The notes below the pieces were generated by a model. That model saw only the letters and a program-made list of their open reading frames with translations, had not been told where the DNA came from and did not search any database. This document shows positions 20,374 through 31,566 of a stretch of 64,000 bases of DNA, one piece after another. The position numbers were made by a program, and so were the translations under genes. Position 1 is the first letter of the stretch, and each line of letters opens with the position of its first letter. This DNA comes from Ignavibacteriota bacterium (GTDB taxonomy: Bacteria; Bacteroidota; Ignavibacteria; UBA10030): positions 2,368,001 through 2,432,000 of the forward strand of contig OY969585.1 of assembly GCA_963701295.1 (NCBI GenBank). The letters are read 5' to 3'.

Positions 20374-22599
20374 ATGAAGAAGATAATTATTAAGATATTT
20401 TTCCCAATTATTGGATTAATATCACTTATCTGGTTTTTATTTCGTGTCGTTCCCAAACCAAGTCGTGCCACGTATCCCTGCATGCGTGTCGCCTATCCTA
20501 TAGCTTCTTCTTTTGTGATCTACTTTCTTGGATTGGTTACTTCTGCTTTTGCTTTTGGCAAAATGAAAGAGCGTTGGAAATATTCACACTATTGGACTAT
20601 GATCGGCTTTTTGGTGATTGCACTAATAACAGGATTTTTCTCTTTTCAGGCAGATCAACCTCCAGTATATGCTAATACAAGCAATCTTGGTGCAGCTAAC
20701 GCACCTATTGGCGAAGCAAAAGGAATATACCCAGGAAGAGTAGTTTGGGTGCATGATTCTGCCGCTACAAATCAAAATTGTGTTCCCGGTTCTTACGGTC
20801 ATGGATGGTTTTTGCCGGAGAACAATAATCAGACAGTTGTAGACGGGATGGTTTCTTCTGCTATTCAAAAACTGACAGGACAGATTACAGATAGTGCTGC
20901 TTGGAAGGCGATATTTGAATATCATAATACGACACGCGGCAAGGGAGCTGTCAATTATGCAGCCGGAGAAAAAATCTTTATAAAAATAAACGCTACAAGC
21001 GGCTGGAGTGGAAACTATAATACATCGGATCTATCAAAGGTATACAATTCAAATTACGGTATCTCCGAAACTTCCCCGGCGATTGTGCTGTCAGTGCTGC
21101 GTCACCTCGTGAGCAAGGTGCGTGTTTCACAGACCGATATCTATATTGGCGATCCGATGAAGCACATCTACAAACACTGCTATGACCTCTGGCATGCGGA
21201 ATTTCCGAACGTCCACTATCTCGATAACAGCTACTCCACGCTGGGAAGAGAAAAAGCAACCGCAAGCACTACAGCAAAAATATATTATTCCGATCACGGA
21301 GCCGTGTTGCGCGCGAACGTTTGGGACCCGGGGAGACCCGGGGGAAGTCCTATCTATAATGATTATCTTTACACAATATTATCAACCGCGGAATATGTTA
21401 TCAACCTGCCGATGTTAAAAGGACACCAGCGGGCGGGCATAACGGCTTTTGCTAAGAATAATTTCGGTTCACAAACCAGAGCAGACGCGTCACAGCTACA
21501 TGACGGTCTTGTGGCTCCGATGCAAATGGAGAATGGCATAACAAGACCTGGATACGGTTTATATCGCGTTCAGGTCGATTTCATGACACATTCACTCACC
21601 GGAAAAAAGAACCTATTTTACTTGATGGATGCCCTGTGGGCGACCGACTACGAAGCGGACGTCCCTTTAAAATGGCAAATGGCTCCGTTCAATAACGACT
21701 GGATGTCTTCGGTATTCGCATCGTTCGATCCTGTCGCTATCGAATCTGTTGGGTACGATTTTCTCCGTTCTGAATTTACTGCCGCGCGCGGCAACTGCTC
21801 TACTGTTGTTCAAATGGATGGAGTTGATGACTATTTACATCAGGCAGCGGATTCGTTGAATTGGGCAAGCGGTATTAAATATGATCCCGACAGTAATGGG
21901 GTACATATTAAGAGCCTTGGAACGCATGAACACTGGAATAATGCTACCGATAAACAATACACAAGGAATCTCGGAATAGGTGAAGGAATAGAATTAATTT
22001 CTATTGATAATTCTTCCCTTCTCGTCCAACTCGTTTCTTTTGAGGTTACGCTTAAAGAAACTCAAATATTGCTTGTATGGAAAACTGCATCAGAAGAGAA
22101 TAACTATGGATTTGAAGTAGAGAGAAGAGCGGTTGTCAGTGATCAGTCATCGATGACCAATACTTGGCAGAAAATCGGGTTTGTTGCCGGTAACGGTTCC
22201 AGCAATATTACGCATGAGTATTCTTTCAGTGATCCCAAGCTTATGGTAGGCAGGTATGCCTATCGTTTGAAACAGATTGATAATGATGGGACGTTTACAT
22301 ATTCGACAAGTGTAGAAGTGAAGATTGGAGCGCCGGCTGTTTTCTCTTTGTCTCAGAATTATCCCAATCCCTTCAATCCTTCTACAAGTATTTCGTTTAA
22401 CCTTCCCACAAAATCATTTGTGTCACTCAAAGTATTTGATTTGATGGGAAAAGAGGTGGTAACACTGGCCGCACAAGAAATGAGCGCGGGAAATCATGCT
22501 CTGCAATGGAATGCGAGTAACCTATCGAGCGGTGTCTATTTTTATCGCTTGCATGCTGGTTCATTTTCTGAAACAAAGAAACTCGTTTTGCTGCGATAA
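20374..22599 (+). CDS. DUF362-like protein with T9SS C-terminal sorting domain
   Basis: RVVPKPSRATYPC, PGRVVWVHD, INLPMLKGH, DPVAIES; QNYPNPFNPST CTD. Confidence 0.8.
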   Translation: MKKIIIKIFFPIIGLISLIWFLFRVVPKPSRATYPCMRVAYPIASSFVIYFLGLVTSAFAFGKMKERWKYSHYWTMIGFLVIALITGFFSFQADQPPVYANTSNLGAANAPIGEAKGIYPGRVVWVHDSAATNQNCVPGSYGHGWFLPENNNQTVVDGMVSSAIQKLTGQITDSAAWKAIFEYHNTTRGKGAVNYAAGEKIFIKINATSGWSGNYNTSDLSKVYNSNYGISETSPAIVLSVLRHLVSKVRVSQTDIYIGDPMKHIYKHCYDLWHAEFPNVHYLDNSYSTLGREKATASTTAKIYYSDHGAVLRANVWDPGRPGGSPIYNDYLYTILSTAEYVINLPMLKGHQRAGITAFAKNNFGSQTRADASQLHDGLVAPMQMENGITRPGYGLYRVQVDFMTHSLTGKKNLFYLMDALWATDYEADVPLKWQMAPFNNDWMSSVFASFDPVAIESVGYDFLRSEFTAARGNCSTVVQMDGVDDYLHQAADSLNWASGIKYDPDSNGVHIKSLGTHEHWNNATDKQYTRNLGIGEGIELISIDNSSLLVQLVSFEVTLKETQILLVWKTASEENNYGFEVERRAVVSDQSSMTNTWQKIGFVAGNGSSNITHEYSFSDPKLMVGRYAYRLKQIDNDGTFTYSTSVEVKIGAPAVFSLSQNYPNPFNPSTSISFNLPTKSFVSLKVFDLMGKEVVTLAAQEMSAGNHALQWNASNLSSGVYFYRLHAGSFSETKKLVLLR

Positions 22600-22609
22600 A
22601 ACAATTGCA

Positions 22610-22767
22610 ACCTAACCAGACGCTCAAGCTGACGGATGCCAGCTGAGTACGTTAAGCATGGCGAGCATAGGTTATAGTTTTTAATTGAAAGTTGGTATAA
22701 TGAACTTGTTTTGTTTAGTATGTTTTGAAAGTTATCAGCGCCGCAGCTTAGCACCGGTCCGTTAGGC
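22610..22767 (+). repeat. attC site
   Basis: ACCTAAC...GTTAGGC with full L boxes. Confidence 0.92.
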
Positions 22768-22813
22768 ACAATGCGCGATTCGGAGTCAGTGTCAAATAAA
22801 AAAGGAAATCACG

Positions 22814-23206
22814 ATGAACAACAAATATTTCATTCCCGCCACAACCATGTTTGGAGGTCTTTTCGTTTGGGTAGCCTTCCTTATCTTTCATGAAACGAAC
22901 GGTGCGATCAATGTGTCGTCGTTGTGGCTAGGAGCGGGACTATGTTTGGTGGCGGGTGGCCTGGTCTTTTTCTCTGCTGTTCGTTGCCGCCAGGTAGGAG
23001 GTCCCCGCATCGGTAATATCGTCCGAACTGTTCTTCTGATTGTGATGACAACAATTACCTACTGGAGAGTCGGTACTGTTGTTGCAGGCGTGCTGGCGGT
23101 AGCAGCGATCACGACTGGATCATTGCTTCTGATGGGAAGCTATCAGTCGAAGGTGGCGGAAGGCTCGGTTTCTTCAGCCGTGCAGGCGAGGAACAAATTC
23201 AATTAG
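22814..23206 (+). CDS. Hypothetical membrane protein (cassette)
   Basis: 4 TM segments between attC sites. Confidence 0.75.
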   Translation: MNNKYFIPATTMFGGLFVWVAFLIFHETNGAINVSSLWLGAGLCLVAGGLVFFSAVRCRQVGGPRIGNIVRTVLLIVMTTITYWRVGTVVAGVLAVAAITTGSLLLMGSYQSKVAEGSVSSAVQARNKFN

Positions 23207-23216
23207 GTGCGCATGT

Positions 23217-23375
23217 ACCTAATCAGCGGCTCAAGCTGACCGGATGAGCGTTGGTACTTTTAACATGGCGAGCATAGGTTTCGGTTTTTAATAATAAATA
23301 TTTCAGCATGAACTTGTTTCGTTTGGTACAGTTTGAAGGTTGTCAGTGCGGCAGCTTAACCGCCGTCCGGTAGGT
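23217..23375 (+). repeat. attC site (mutated cores)
   Basis: ACCTAAT...GGTAGGT. Confidence 0.85.
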
Positions 23376-23406
23376 GGCGTTTTAACTACTGATCAATAGG
23401 AGAAGA

Positions 23407-23955
23407 ATGAAAGTATTATTAATCATTGATATGCAAGTAGGATCATTTAAACCTGAAACGCCGTGTTATGATACTGATGGTGTTGTTCAAAGAATAAATT
23501 CATTATCAAATTATTTCCGACAAAATGGAGATAAAGTCATTTTTATCCAACATGATGGAACAAAGGAAAACTATTATATCCCTGGTACGTTCGATTGGAA
23601 TATTTTACCAACTCTAATTCAAAGTACAGACGATATTATCATTGGCAAAACGGCTAATGATTCATTTTATCATACAGATTTAGAAAGTGTATTGAATAAA
23701 AACGATATAACTGATTTATTTATTACAGGTTGTGCAACCGATTATTGTGTCAATGCAACAGTACATTCTGCTTTAATCAAAGATTATAATATCTTCATTG
23801 TTCAAGATTGTCACACAACAAAAAATCGTAAGTATTTGAACGCTGAACAAGTGATTCAATATCATAATTGGTTATGGGAAAATCTGACTCCTACGAATGG
23901 AAAAGTAAAATTAGTTTTATCAAAGGATTTGATAAAAACTCAAAACGCCACCTAA
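23407..23955 (+). CDS. Isochorismatase-family cysteine hydrolase
   Basis: LLIIDMQ, KTANDSF, GCATDYCV. Confidence 0.92.
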   Translation: MKVLLIIDMQVGSFKPETPCYDTDGVVQRINSLSNYFRQNGDKVIFIQHDGTKENYYIPGTFDWNILPTLIQSTDDIIIGKTANDSFYHTDLESVLNKNDITDLFITGCATDYCVNATVHSALIKDYNIFIVQDCHTTKNRKYLNAEQVIQYHNWLWENLTPTNGKVKLVLSKDLIKTQNAT

Positions 23956-24108
23956 CCCGCGGCTCAAGCTGACCAAATGAGCGTTTGTGCAATTTGCATT
24001 TCGCAGTTAAGTTTCGGTTCTTAATAAATAATATTTCAGAATGAACGCAGTTTGTTATCTACAATTTGAAAGTATTCAGTGCGGCAGCTTAGCCGCAATC
24101 CGTTAGGC
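23950..24108 (+). repeat. attC site
   Basis: ACCTAAC-CCGCGG-CTCAAGCTGAC...GCAGCTTAG-CCGC..GTTAGGC. Confidence 0.92.
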
Positions 24109-24150
24109 GGCAAAACATTGAGAAGTAAATCAATTAACAATGGAGCAAAA

Positions 24151-24792
24151 ATGAAAAACTCATTGATTGTGTTATTTCTTCTACCCTGTTTTGCTTTTTC
24201 TCAACCTTCTTCAAAAGTTGCTAACCCTGTCTCATCATCCTCATCTAAAGACTCTACTTTGCTATTAGAAATAAAGAAAAGCTATTCAAGGCAGATCGGG
24301 GCCGCGTTTAAAATGCTGGAGCATGTAATTGATAATGCCAATGATACAGCATGGACGGCAAGAATAAGCAACGTGCCGTTCTGGCAGATATCTTATCATG
24401 TTCTATGGTTTACTGATTTTTATTTTCACGCCAATGAAGCAACTTTTCAACCTCAGAGTTTTGACATGAAAGGAATTCATAATTATTGGGTCTATCCAGA
24501 TTCTCAAATGGTTGAGAATCAAAAGCATCCAATCTCAAAAAGTAATATGAAAGCTTATTGCAAATATGTAAGACAAAAAGCAAATCAATTCATTCAAAAT
24601 ATAAATGTTACATATTTTACTACTCCTTCACCATTTGAGTGGCATGGTTTCCCTAAAATTGACTTAGTGGATTACAATCTCCGTCATCTTCAACATCATG
24701 TTGGACAGTTGGATATTATATTAAGAAGAGATCAAAATATGGGAAATCCTTGGATTATGTTTGATGATTTATCGGAAACACCGAAGAACTAA
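24151..24792 (+). CDS. DinB-family protein with signal peptide
   Basis: FWQISYH; NLRHLQHHVGQL. Confidence 0.85.
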   Translation: MKNSLIVLFLLPCFAFSQPSSKVANPVSSSSSKDSTLLLEIKKSYSRQIGAAFKMLEHVIDNANDTAWTARISNVPFWQISYHVLWFTDFYFHANEATFQPQSFDMKGIHNYWVYPDSQMVENQKHPISKSNMKAYCKYVRQKANQFIQNINVTYFTTPSPFEWHGFPKIDLVDYNLRHLQHHVGQLDIILRRDQNMGNPWIMFDDLSETPKN

Positions 24793-24809
24793 GCCTTTTA
24801 TCGTTTGTG

Positions 24810-24991
24810 GTCTAACCAGCAACTCAAGCTGACGGAATGAGCCCGCCAAAAAGACGGCGGGCAGGCGTGGTACGTTAAGCATGGCTAATAGAGGTTCAGA
24901 TGTTTAATAATAAACTATTCAGAATGAACTCGGCTCGTTTTCAGCAACTTGCGGCTTCTCGTTGCCGCAGCTTAGCACCGGTCCCTTAGGC
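24810..24991 (+). repeat. attC with REP-like insert
   Basis: GTCTAAC...CTTAGGC. Confidence 0.85.
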
Positions 24992-25036
24992 ACACGAGCA
25001 TGAAAATATTATGAATAATTCCATGATTACTCAAAG

Positions 25037-26025
25037 ATGAAGCACCGGTTTACCGAGCAGCAGATTACTTTTGCCTTGAGGCAAGCAGCATCAGGCACAC
25101 CTGTGGTAGAGATAGCACGAAAAATGGCAATTAGTGAGCCTACATTTTACCGATGGAAGACACAATACACAGGATTGGAAGGCTCTGAGATTCATTGGTT
25201 GAAATCACTCGAAGATGAGAATCGGCGGCTGAAGCAACTAGTGGCAAATCTGACACTGGACAAGCAGATGCTTCAGGAGGTGCTGTCAAAAAAGCTCTGA
25301 AGCCTGTCACATGCAGAGAACTGGTAAAAGAGTTGGTGGAAACGTACCAGACAAGCGAACGTCAGGCCTGTGCAGCATTAGGATGACCACGCACGACCCA
25401 TCATTATAGAAGTAAGGCTGATCCTCAAGAGGCATTAAGGATGAGATTGAAAGATTTAGCTGGAGGACGGGTAGGATATGGATATCGAAGGCTTCACATA
25501 TTACTCAAGCGAGAAGGATGGGAAGTTAATCATAAGCGTATTTATCGTCTGTATCGGCACGAAGGGCTGGCATTGCGTAAAAAGCGGCCACGGCGAAGAG
25601 TGGCATGAGTGAAGCGTGAAGTACAACCCACAGCGAAGGAACACAATGAATGTTGGAGTATGGATTTTGTTTCTGATCAGTTGTTCGATGGACGCAGGGT
25701 ACGGATATGAGTGATAGTCGACAACCACACACGTGAGAGCTTGGCATTAGAACCGAGCCAGAGGATCCGTGGGATCGATGTCGTTGCTGTTTTGGAACGA
25801 ATTACTCGTATACGAAGCCTGGCGTCAGGATTACGATGCACAGAAACCTCATAGTGCTTTGGGGTACCTTTCACCAATAGAATTTATTGATGATCAGAAG
25901 AAAAACAAAGCTGCATGAATAAAAATAAACAGCTAAATTATCACCCAATCTGGATCAAAGATGGGGAGCAGTACAAAATGGATAAATATTAACTCATCAT
26001 TGGCACACAATCCGGGTGCAGGCCA
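25037..26025 (+). mobile_element. Degenerate IS3 (OrfA 25037-25300; OrfB with stops and deletion) plus a second IS3 end
   Basis: Similar to 2079-3314; ends GGGGAGCAGTACA (25975) and GGGTGCAGGCCA (26025). Confidence 0.88.
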
Positions 26026-26096
26026 TGTTATGGGAAATTTCTTACAAACCAAAGAATTAGCATAACATAATACGTACAGAAATCAGTATAACCGAT

Positions 26097-28307
26097 ATGA
26101 AGCATTTTGCTAAATCAAATTATTCTAAAGTAAAATTTTTGTATCGTTTATTTATCATCATAGGTCTTCAATGTCTGTTGATTTTCTCCATGCATGCCCA
26201 ATTAAATCAATATCCGCAGAAAAGCTATATACTAGACGATTTTGATCACGATACAACATCAGGTTTCAACGATTTCTTCGGTATGCGTGGAATATGGAAT
26301 AATAATACCGCTATCATCAACCCAAGTTATATTCCTACTGGAGGCAAAAACTATTATTTAAAACTTACCTATGACGTAAGTGATTCTTCTGCTCAAGGTG
26401 GGTGGTGGGAACAGTTTGCATATAACTATTCTAACAATCCGATATTTGATATAAGTGATTTTGATGAATTCAGGTTTTCGGTCAAAGGCGGAAGCACGTA
26501 CACCACCAGATTCTATATTGAATTTGACCAGGGGCAATTCGAAAAAGTGAAACGCATTGAAATCGATGGTGTCACTACGAGCTTTCAGGAAAAAATAATT
26601 CCGCTAAAGGATTCCCTGGTGGGATTCGATTTTACCAGAATGAGGCAGGTCGCTATTGTGCTGGATAGTTCTGCTACTGAAAAAGCGGGAACTCTTTATT
26701 TTGACAATTTTTATTTTGTTAACAAACACGAAAGTTATTCGACCATAGATGATTTGCTGGATTTAATTAGTAAGAAGGCGTGTAAATACTTTTTTGATCA
26801 TGTGCATCCTACAACAGGACTGGTTCGCGATCATTCCAGTGATGTGAATGTATCGAGCATTGCAGCCGTCGGTTTTCAACTTACCGCATTAGGTATTGGA
26901 GCTGAGAGGACTTGGGTGACTAGAAGTGACGCAGCTTCAAATACAAAGAAAATTCTGAAGACCCTTAGTGCCAACCAAGACTCAAACGCAAGTGGAAGTA
27001 ATGGATATAAAGGATTTTATTATCATATGCTCGGAATAAATACAGGATTGAGAGACGGGACGAGTGAGCTTTCATCGATCGATGCGTCTATTTTCTTTGC
27101 GGGTGTAATTTTTGCAAGAGAGTATTTTCATGATTCTACTTCCGATGAAATTCAAATACGGGCGTTGGCTGATAGTATTGTTAATAGAGTAGATTGGAGA
27201 TGGATGCTTGATACACTCAAAAATCAATTTTACATGGACTGGAAGCCTTCTATCGGGTTCGGTCCTTCTCATTGGGATAATTATACCGATGAAGCAATCC
27301 TCATCTCATTTTTAGCTATTGGCTCAGGAAAAGTTGATTCAAGCGTCTTCTATGCGTGGACAAGAGTTCGGGGCACGTACGGAGCTTATACTTTCCGACA
27401 AAGCTATTGGGGTTCACTCTTTACGTATTTGTATGCACATTGTTGGATAGATTTTAAAAAATGCGGTTACGATCATTGTTCTGATTCGGTGAATTGGTGG
27501 AATAATTCTGAACAAGCTGTTAAAGCAAACAGGCAGTTCTGCATTGATAATTCAGCGAATTATTCGACCTATAGCGATAGCAGCTGGGGATTGACTGCTT
27601 GCTTCGGACCCGGTGGATATAACGGTGGAGTATCAAAAAGCTATGGAGCTTTTCCGTTAGCTGATCCCCCGCCTAATCACGACGGGACCATTCCACCGTA
27701 CGGCGCCGGTAGCAGCATAATATTCTTCGACTCGATTCAAAATGAATCAGTAAAGGCTCTAAAAAATTACTACGACAACTATCCCAGGCTATGGGGGCTT
27801 TATGGATTTAAGGATGCATTTAATTTAGGACGGGCTTCCGATTCTACAGATGATTGGTATGCAAACGACTATGTAGGAATTGATATTGGGACATTGTTAG
27901 TCATGATCGAGAACTACAGAACTGGTCTAGTATGGAATTATTTTTTGAAGAATAAGTATGTCGCAACTGCAATAAAAACAATCTTCAAAAAAGATATATC
28001 AGCCTTGTCACTCTCCGTCGAATTCAATGTTAGTAATATACCGGAAAGTGCTTTCCTGCAACAAAACTATCCTAATCCATTTAATCCTTCAACGACAATT
28101 TCATTTAGTCTTCCATCACAATCATTTGTATCATTGAGAATATTTGATCTATTAGGAAGAGAAGTGGCAACTATTGTCTCTGAAGAAATGTCAGCTGGTA
28201 ATTATTCCAAACGATGGAATGCGGCAAATATATCGAGTGGAATTTATTTTTATCGGTTACAGGCAGGCACATTAACTGAGACCAAAAAACTCCTTTTGCT
28301 GAGATGA
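26097..28307 (+). CDS. GH144/glucoamylase-like hydrolase with N-terminal CBM-like domain and T9SS CTD
   Basis: SSIAAVGF, GFYYH, ELSSID, YGFKDAFN, GIDIG; CTD. Confidence 0.8.
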   Translation: MKHFAKSNYSKVKFLYRLFIIIGLQCLLIFSMHAQLNQYPQKSYILDDFDHDTTSGFNDFFGMRGIWNNNTAIINPSYIPTGGKNYYLKLTYDVSDSSAQGGWWEQFAYNYSNNPIFDISDFDEFRFSVKGGSTYTTRFYIEFDQGQFEKVKRIEIDGVTTSFQEKIIPLKDSLVGFDFTRMRQVAIVLDSSATEKAGTLYFDNFYFVNKHESYSTIDDLLDLISKKACKYFFDHVHPTTGLVRDHSSDVNVSSIAAVGFQLTALGIGAERTWVTRSDAASNTKKILKTLSANQDSNASGSNGYKGFYYHMLGINTGLRDGTSELSSIDASIFFAGVIFAREYFHDSTSDEIQIRALADSIVNRVDWRWMLDTLKNQFYMDWKPSIGFGPSHWDNYTDEAILISFLAIGSGKVDSSVFYAWTRVRGTYGAYTFRQSYWGSLFTYLYAHCWIDFKKCGYDHCSDSVNWWNNSEQAVKANRQFCIDNSANYSTYSDSSWGLTACFGPGGYNGGVSKSYGAFPLADPPPNHDGTIPPYGAGSSIIFFDSIQNESVKALKNYYDNYPRLWGLYGFKDAFNLGRASDSTDDWYANDYVGIDIGTLLVMIENYRTGLVWNYFLKNKYVATAIKTIFKKDISALSLSVEFNVSNIPESAFLQQNYPNPFNPSTTISFSLPSQSFVSLRIFDLLGREVATIVSEEMSAGNYSKRWNAANISSGIYFYRLQAGTLTETKKLLLLR

Positions 28308-28324
28308 AACAATTGCCACCGAAC

Positions 28325-29733
28325 CACTTTAAAAAGGAATAAGTCAAGAGAAAAGAGTACTCCCGAGGCATCAAGTGATCTATGATGCCGTGTTTGTTCT
28401 TTGAATTAGTTGTCACCGATACACGCCCGCCACAAGATACCGCACGGCGGGCAAGCCGCAGTGCCGATAGATTTATCGAGCGGACAGCCATACCGAAGCA
28501 ATGACGTCCAAACCATTTTTCGGATTAACCTCCAATTCATCAAAATACCGATGGTGGAAGCATGTCTCGTCCAAGCGAGAGGTTCCAGATATTTTCACGG
28601 CGCAACGCCTGACTTCCCAATCCAGCGGACGATGCTCTTACGGCATCAGTGAGGAAAGCGGGCTTGTCAGGCGCGGCCATTGCTGAGATTTCTGTCGGTT
28701 GATCGGCTGCCCTTTGAGACCATTATATGATGTTTTGTTCTTTAAGACATAGTAAACAATCTTTGCAAGCTCCTTCGCAAGAACAGCATAGGCGGTTGGC
28801 TCGTTAGATCGACGAGCTAATTTCTGAAAGAGACGTTTGTATTCAGGATAATACTGAACAGCATGGACAGCGGCATCAGAGAAGGCGATTTTGAGATACT
28901 TATTGCCGTCTTTGCTGGAACGGTGGTGCACGGAACGATTGGGGTTATCAGCCGCAGGGACAAGTCGGCAGTACGAGACAAATCTCTTATCAGAGTCGAA
29001 GCGTTCGATACCGTCGATCTCAAGATACACCGTGAAGGCTGAGAGCTTGCCGATCCCTGGGATGTGCAGGAGACGTTGAATATCGTCATTGGGGATCAGG
29101 ATCGGATGGAGAGATTTTTCCAGAGCGAGGATCTGAGAGGTGAACATATCGCGAGTATGTTCCAGCACAGCAGTCTGGAAGCGATAGGGATCATGGACAG
29201 AGCCGTTAAATTTGGCGTGAATGCTGTAGAGACGCAGCAGACAGGCAGAGCGTTGCTGAACGAGCCGTAAGCGAATGCGCATGGTATCTCGTAAGCCGCG
29301 AAGATCGCGGCTGATTTTATGAGCTTGGGGAATGAGTCCCTGCCGTAAGAGGATAGCGAGAGTTTGCGAATCAACTTTATCGGTCTTAACTTTAGCATAG
29401 CTGATGGCTTTGAGATATTTTGCGTGAGCAAGGACGAGATCGATGCCGTGGTCTTCGAGTAAATCGTTGAGCCAGTACCACCCGGTGGTAGACTCGACGA
29501 CAGCCTGATGGGAACCAGGCAAGGAATGGAAGTAATCGAGAACCACCTCGTTGCTATTCTCGACGCGTTGTTGTTTGATGACAGCACCGGTGTCATCGAC
29601 AGTGGTGATATAACTATTATCAGAGTGCAAATCGATACCTGAGTAATACATGGGAATCTCCTATTGTTGATGATGAATGTTTAATTCTTCAAGCTAAACA
29701 TACAAAATCGGGAGGTTCCTTTTTGGTAATATC
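28325..29733 (-). mobile_element. IS110/IS1111-family attC-targeting element, copy 1
   Basis: Subterminal IRs AAAAAGGAA/TTCCTTTTT; ~310-nt non-coding region downstream of tnp. Confidence 0.92.
28638..29651 (-). CDS. IS110-family recombinase (putative catalytic Ser to Pro)
   Basis: GIDLH, VVEST, KTDKVD, IPGIG. Confidence 0.95.
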   Translation of the reverse strand: MYYSGIDLHSDNSYITTVDDTGAVIKQQRVENSNEVVLDYFHSLPGSHQAVVESTTGWYWLNDLLEDHGIDLVLAHAKYLKAISYAKVKTDKVDSQTLAILLRQGLIPQAHKISRDLRGLRDTMRIRLRLVQQRSACLLRLYSIHAKFNGSVHDPYRFQTAVLEHTRDMFTSQILALEKSLHPILIPNDDIQRLLHIPGIGKLSAFTVYLEIDGIERFDSDKRFVSYCRLVPAADNPNRSVHHRSSKDGNKYLKIAFSDAAVHAVQYYPEYKRLFQKLARRSNEPTAYAVLAKELAKIVYYVLKNKTSYNGLKGQPINRQKSQQWPRLTSPLSSLMP

Positions 29734-29972
29734 TAACAACTCAAGCTGACGAAATGAGCGCCCGCCCAAAGATAAAGCTTGGCGGGTAAATGGGTACGTT
29801 AAGCATGGCTGGTGGTAGGTTATCGTTATTATTATTAAGTTCTTTGTACCTTATATATTTTTGTGTAATTAATTTTGTTATCAGCATGAACTTGTTTCGT
29901 GTTCAATATATTGAAAGTTTTCAACGCCACCGCTTAGTGCCGATCCGTTAGGCGGTCTCAAAGCTGGCATCA

Positions 29973-30509
29973 ATGGAGGATATTGCAATGCAAGTTTCCG
30001 ATTACCAGAGTCTAATTCACCAAATGGAGTGGGCTGATGCACTGATTTGGAGATCAGTCCTAAATCTTCCTTCATTGGAATTGGATAGACCCATGCGGGA
30101 ACGTTTGCACCACTTCCATTCGACGCAATGGGCATACGGCCAATTGATGCGAGGAATGCCGCTAGACATCCCCGACCTGAGTACTTTCTCGAACTTGAAG
30201 GCAATCGGTCTTTGGGCATGGCAGTTTTACAAAGAGGTATCAGCGCATTTTGACGGGCTGACCGAAACGGATCTTAAACTCAAAATGGAGTTCCCATGGG
30301 CTGCGCAGATAACCAAACGTTTTGGTAGCGTGGGGCCAGCGACCGTAGGGGATAGCATCTTACAACTTGCGCTCCACACGAGCTACCACCGAGGTCAAGT
30401 GGCATTGCAACTGCGTGAAGCCGGCGGCGAACCCCCACTCACTGACTACATTGCTTGGATCTGGATGGAACGACCCACACCGGATTGGGTATTCATTGAT
30501 GCCATCTAA
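29973..30509 (+). CDS. DinB-family protein
   Basis: HTSYHRGQ. Confidence 0.88.
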   Translation: MEDIAMQVSDYQSLIHQMEWADALIWRSVLNLPSLELDRPMRERLHHFHSTQWAYGQLMRGMPLDIPDLSTFSNLKAIGLWAWQFYKEVSAHFDGLTETDLKLKMEFPWAAQITKRFGSVGPATVGDSILQLALHTSYHRGQVALQLREAGGEPPLTDYIAWIWMERPTPDWVFIDAI

Positions 30510-30700
30510 CCAAGCGCTCGAGCTGACGGAATGAGCGCGAGTGCGTTAAGCATGGCTGGTGGTGAGTTTGGGTTTTATTTATTACGTTTATTGTACTTCA
30601 CAACTTTAGTGTCTATAAATTTGGTTTTCATCATGAACTTGTTTCATTGGGTGCAAGTCAATAATTATCAACGCCGCAGCTTAGTGCCCGTCCGTTAGGC
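30504..30700 (+). repeat. attC site (long type)
   Basis: ATCTAAC...GTTAGGC. Confidence 0.9.
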
Positions 30701-30752
30701 CGCCGCATAGAATAAATGTACCCGTCTAATCGTAATTGAGGAGATCGTCTTC

Positions 30753-31226
30753 GTGGAAAAGAATCCTAAAATCTTCGACTATCAACTCCAACTTATTACA
30801 CGACGATGGCAATATTTTGCTACATATCTTGTTATCGTTGGACTTTTTGCTAATATAGTACCAAAGATATATTGGAGTGATAGTACTCAAATTGCTACCA
30901 ATCTCATTCCAATAGAAATCAGGATTTGTATTCCCGTTATTGGAGTTCTTATTGGTATGATCTTTTGTCATTTTATTTCTCTTACTACTTTCAGAATAAA
31001 CTATATAGAATCCTTTTTTACTGAAAAGGAATCAATCACTCACAAGCATATGGATGGGAAATTTTATGGTAAGTCTGAAACTGTATTCACATATATTATC
31101 ATCTATATTATTTCTGTATTTTGGATCGCCTTGCTTTTCAGTGTAAATAAATATATCGCCATAATCATGATAGTTATTGTTAACTTAAATCTTTTCACAC
31201 TAAAGTGGAAAAGACCTATACGGTAG
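30753..31226 (+). CDS. Hypothetical membrane protein (cassette)
   Basis: RBS; 4 TM segments. Confidence 0.7.
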   Translation: MEKNPKIFDYQLQLITRRWQYFATYLVIVGLFANIVPKIYWSDSTQIATNLIPIEIRICIPVIGVLIGMIFCHFISLTTFRINYIESFFTEKESITHKHMDGKFYGKSETVFTYIIIYIISVFWIALLFSVNKYIAIIMIVIVNLNLFTLKWKRPIR

Positions 31227-31265
31227 ATGGAAAATATGAAGGATGAAATTCTTTCAAAAGCGGCG

Positions 31266-31467
31266 CTTTAACCAGGCGCTTAAGCTGACGGAATGAGCGT
31301 TGGTACGTTAAGCAAGGCGAGCATAGGTTCTGTATAAATTTGAAAGTTCTCATAATGAACTCGTTTCGTTTAGTGTACATTGAAAGTTCATAGTGTGGCA
31401 GCTTAGTTTAATCCAAAATATACTTTTTACTAAATTTATATTGGATCACTTTTTTGGGGGCACGTCA
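31266..31467 (+). repeat. attC lacking R', followed by an IS3-like end
   Basis: CTTTAAC...GCAGCTTAG then GGGGGCACGTCA. Confidence 0.75.
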
Positions 31468-31566
31468 CAATTGATTCGATAAATTATTTAAACATGATTG
31501 ATAGAAAATCAACTTGAAATCCCTTTTAAACAAGAATATATTTATTCTATTCATCCGGAGAACAAA

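Larger units (their letters stand above)
28318..29953 (+). repeat. attC interrupted by IS110 copy 1
   Basis: ACCGAAC | IS | AACTCAAGCTGACG...GTTAGGC. Confidence 0.85.

Noticed and set aside
28410-28686. Short ORFs in the IS110 non-coding region (also 40792-40977, 45023-45235)
   Set aside because: They are not conserved across all three copies; the region is better explained as guide RNA.
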